In this document: positions 60,501-64,000 of the stretch, in pieces
Numbering within the stretch: the stretch's first letter is position 1
Layout of the letters: every line of letters begins with the position of its first letter
NCBI RefSeq assembly: GCF_002571385.2
Contig: NW_019217828.1
Coordinates: forward strand, 375,743-439,742
Reading direction: 5' to 3'
DNA length: 64,000 nucleotides
Source: Stylophora pistillata
Taxonomy: Eukaryota
Program-made: the position numbers and the translations under genes
The notes under the pieces: model-generated
Databases searched by the model: none
Seen by the model: only the letters and a program-made list of their open reading frames with translations
Told to the model about the DNA's origin: nothing

Positions 60501-63500
60501 GAAAGAGAATTCTTTCCTTTCCCCCCCTTCCCCTTCATCCACATCCTTTCTTGTGTTTAGATGACACCATAAAGTAATTGAATGTAGAAAAAGTCCTCTT
60601 TTGTGTTAACAGTAATTCTTCTTCTCTAAGGTCTGTTAATGTTGTTCATTGTTGATGATATTTTTATCAAATTTTGTCTTTTACAGGCATGTGGATGGTA
60701 CTATCTTTTGTATTACTTTTTAGGTAGGAGTTTGTTTTCTCCAACTTAAAAGCTTAGAATGTCAACTTTTCTCTTTACCTAAATGATCATTCAAAAAAAA
60801 GAGGAAAATTGATTCCCAACATGAGTCATATTACATAAATTTTAGTAATGATTGGATTTAATTTGATTCCTAAACAATGACTAAAATTGCCACAAGAATC
60901 TCTCTTTTCGCATACTCATTGATTTGTCAATTAAGGTGCAAAAGCTGGAATTAATTTTCCTTCAGCACAGTTGCTTTCCCCTCTTTCAGTTATGTCTGAA
61001 AACCAAGAAAAATCTTCCTTATTTGTTTAAAGGCTGATAGTTTCTAAAGAAACTGTTTGGGGCTGCGTCGATGGGGGTAACGAAATAATTTGAATATATC
61101 AACAAAGTTGAAATGGTAAATTGGCCACCATTACGATTATAAAAGCTGACGTTTCGAGCGTTATACCTTCGTCGGAGCGAATAGGGGAATTGTGGGTTGT
61201 GTGTGCTTTTAAAGGCAGAAAATGGAGCTACGTTATTGGTGGGAACATGGCAATGTAAAAAACATGAATAAATTAGTGGAATGAAAAGTGTTGGTTGATA
61301 CCAGATTTAGAGTGCCGGTTTGAAAGATGAGCTTTTGTTCAAGAGTTCTACGGCTTTCCATGCTACCTAAGTGTAAGGAAAGACCTCAGATTGCCATATG
61401 TTGCTTAGAATGATTAGGTAAATTGAAATGTCTAGCGACTGGTTTCGATGTGTCCTTGTCATTCCTCTCCACGTCGCGAAGGTGTTCTCGGAATTGGTCA
61501 CCTAGTCTTCTGCCTGTTTCGCCGATGTAGATCTTTTTGCAACAAGTGCAAGTTATGCAATAGATTACATTGGCGGAGGTGCACGTGAAGTGATCGGTGA
61601 TCTTAATGGATCATTTGAGTCCCGATATTTTCTCAGTGTTGTGAATGAAAGGACACATTTTGCATCATGCACGAGTGCATTTAAAAGTGCCTGGTTAGTC
61701 ATTAGTCTTTAATATAATTATGATGGTAAAGACAGCCAACACGCTCTTCAAATTTTTCACGACTTTAATTTCCTTGGCCAAAACAAACTTCTTTTCACCA
61801 TGGATATTACGTCTCTTTACACTGTCATTCCTAATGGCGAAGGTCTTTTGGCCCTTAAACATTTTTTTGATCAACATACTGTTAAGGAACCTAAATCTGA
61901 AACATCACTACGCTTAGCCGAACTAGTGCTCACACTCAATTGCTTTTCATTCAGGGACAACTTTTTCAAACAAACCAATGGTGTAGCCATCGGTACCAAA
62001 ATGGGACCTAGCTATGCCAATCTTTTTGTAGGTTTGTCAAACATCAATTTTTCAGCCAATACAATGGCTACAAACCTGAACTCTCCGGTCGCTACATCGA
62101 CGACTGTATCGGTGCCACCTCCTCTACCAGAGAGGAGCTGACTCAATTCATAACCGCAGTCAATTCCTTTCACCCGGCTCTGAAATATACCTGGGAAATT
62201 TCTTACAATTCTTTATCCTTTTTAGACATCAAAGTTTCAACTGAAGGCAACGGTTTATGCACTAGTGTGTATTACAAACCTACAGATTCGCATAATTACT
62301 TGTATTCATCTTCGCATCCATCTCACGTTAAGAGTTCCATTCCTTTTTCTCAGTTTCTAAGACTTTGTCATTTATGTAGTGATGACTCTGATTTCCACCA
62401 CAAATCAGAGTCAATGTACCAGTTTTTTGATAAATGTGGTAACCCTGATTCTGTCGTTCAAGCGGGTTACCACCGCACCCAACTTATTGATCGACATTCA
62501 GCACTACGAATGTCACAAAAGGAAGATTCTGACCGCATTCCATTCACTCTCACGTTTCACCCTCACAACCACTCAGTTAAATCCATCATTCTTAAAAACT
62601 TTAAATTACTTCAAAACGATCCAGAGACAAGCACTATCTTTTCGCAGCCTCCGCTCATTTCATTCAAACATAACAAAAACAAAGGCAATTTTTTGGTCAG
62701 AAGTTCTTTTCAGACTAATGACCAACCAGGCACTTTTAAATGCACTTGTGCACGATGCGAAACATGTCCTTTCGTTCACAACACTGAGAAAATACCAGGA
62801 CCCAAACGATCCATTAAGATCATCATTCACTTCATGTGCACCTCCGCCAATGCAATATATTGCATAACTTGCACTTATTGCGAAAAGATCTACATCGGCG
62901 AAACAGGCAGAAGACTAGGTGACCGATTCCGAGAACATCTTCACGACTTGGAGAGGAATGGCAAGGACACATCGAAACCAGTCGCCAGACATTTTAATTT
63001 ACCTAATCATTCTAAGCAACATATGGCAATCTGCGGTCTTTCCTTACACTTAGGTAGCACGGAAAGCCATAGAACTCTTGAACAAAAGCTCATCTTACAA
63101 ACCGGCAGTCTAAATCCCACAGGTATCAACCAATGCTTTTCATTCCACTAATTTATTCATGTTTTTCTCGTTGCCATGTTCCCACCAATAACGTAGCTCC
63201 ATTTTCTCCACAATTCCTCTATTCGCGCCGACGAAGGGCTGACGCTCTAAATGTCAGCTTTTATAATCGTAACGGTGGCCAATTTACCATTTCAACTTTG
63301 TTGATATATTCAAATTAATTCCCTATTTGTTGTTTGTCATAGTCCATAGTAAGCTTTCTTCTGTTACAACTGTATCTTGAAATCACTCGGTGAGAAAGAT
63401 ATTTACCCAAAGCTTTCAAAGCAATCGCATTTGGAAAGGAATTGAACTAACTTATTAGTGCTTGCATTTCTCTCTTTATGTTGTTATTGATCTCACTGGT

Positions 63501-64000
63501 ATCCTTCTATTTACTGAATCACAGGTAATATTCCAAGAGATGCTATAGCCAATGTCCTGGATATCTCTTTGGACAGGTACATTTGAATGTTTGTTTTATA
63601 TAAACAGCATTCTAGAAAAATGCTCAAGGTTCTATTTACCAGAGTTTCTATTTTCCATGATCATATCATCTATTAAACCTACTTTGCAGAAATGTGACAC
63701 CTCTCAACTCCATATCAGGCCTTCTGGACTTTTTCCAGTTTTGGCGCCTTGTGACAACTGGGTCATTAATTTTGTTTGTTTGGACCTTTGGTAACAAACT
63801 TCTTGTCCTTTTCCAAACACAGGTAAATATGTAAATTATAATGTAGGTAACGAGGCATGATAACAATGCATAACATACGCATACCGATAAATTTGTGTGA
63901 TCTCATTGAATAAAATTAATTTCAGATATACAGATTCCCAGTGGAGTATTCACTTAGTTATCAACAGGACCAAAGTCTTTGTGTTGTGATCAAGAATAAA
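56359..64000 (+). CDS. NDC1: Nucleoporin NDC1 (TMEM48), 5' part; runs off the window
   Basis: Exons 56359-56427, 56938-57058 (WRTFAAVTW..VDFFHPFNWIS), 57951-58052, 59174-59339, 59599-59659 (YCLNEHLVF), 59854-59919 (SLNYF..FPQVQ), 60422-60496, 60687-60723 (LYYFLG), 63525-63576 (NIPR), 63690-63822 (PLNSISGLLD), 63926-64000 (YRFPV). Motif order is collinear with vertebrate NDC1. Confidence 0.9.
59960..60150 (+). mobile_element. tRNA-derived SINE
   Basis: TAGCTCACTGGATAGAGCGC (A box) ... GGTTCGAGCCC (B box), followed by non-tRNA body ACCAACACTCAAGGTCTTAAAATAA. Confidence 0.7.
61030..63316 (+). mobile_element. Penelope-like retroelement (RT + GIY-YIG), 5'-truncated and frameshifted, with inverted 3' copy at its 5' end
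   Basis: RT motifs MDITSLYTVIP, QTNGVAIGTKMGPSYANLFVG, RYIDD (~62089) and YYKPTD; GIY-YIG IYCITC..YIGETGRRLGDRFREH. 61085-61708 is the reverse complement of ~62712-63316. Lies in NDC1 intron 8. Confidence 0.92.

Overview
AT-rich, intron-rich animal genomic scaffold with several N-gaps. The repeat landscape (palindromic MITEs, tRNA-derived SINEs, Penelope/GIY-YIG retroelements with hammerhead motifs, CAGGG-ended hAT-like elements) suggests a cnidarian, probably a stony coral; this is inference. Spliced genes reconstructed by hand, most not visible in the ORF track: SPTLC1 (-), ZRANB2 (+), a solitary stem-loop histone H4 (-), an uncharacterised ~776-aa multipass membrane protein (-), HYI (+), a probably secreted N-formylglutamate-amidohydrolase-like metallohydrolase (+), EMC1 (-) and the 5' part of NDC1 (+). 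Six of these form three very tight head-to-head pairs. The most unusual region is ~33-51 kb. A Gly/Ala-rich, beta-strand-patterned ~170-aa gene with an uninterrupted ORF is nested antisense in EMC1 intron 5. It has been locally duplicated twice together with flanking EMC1 exons and interleaved with the hydrolase gene and its pseudogene. The copies have hypervariable N-halves, near-invariant C-halves and upstream tandem repeats carrying heat-shock-element-like dyads. An apparently intact minimal hammerhead ribozyme lies in the same block.
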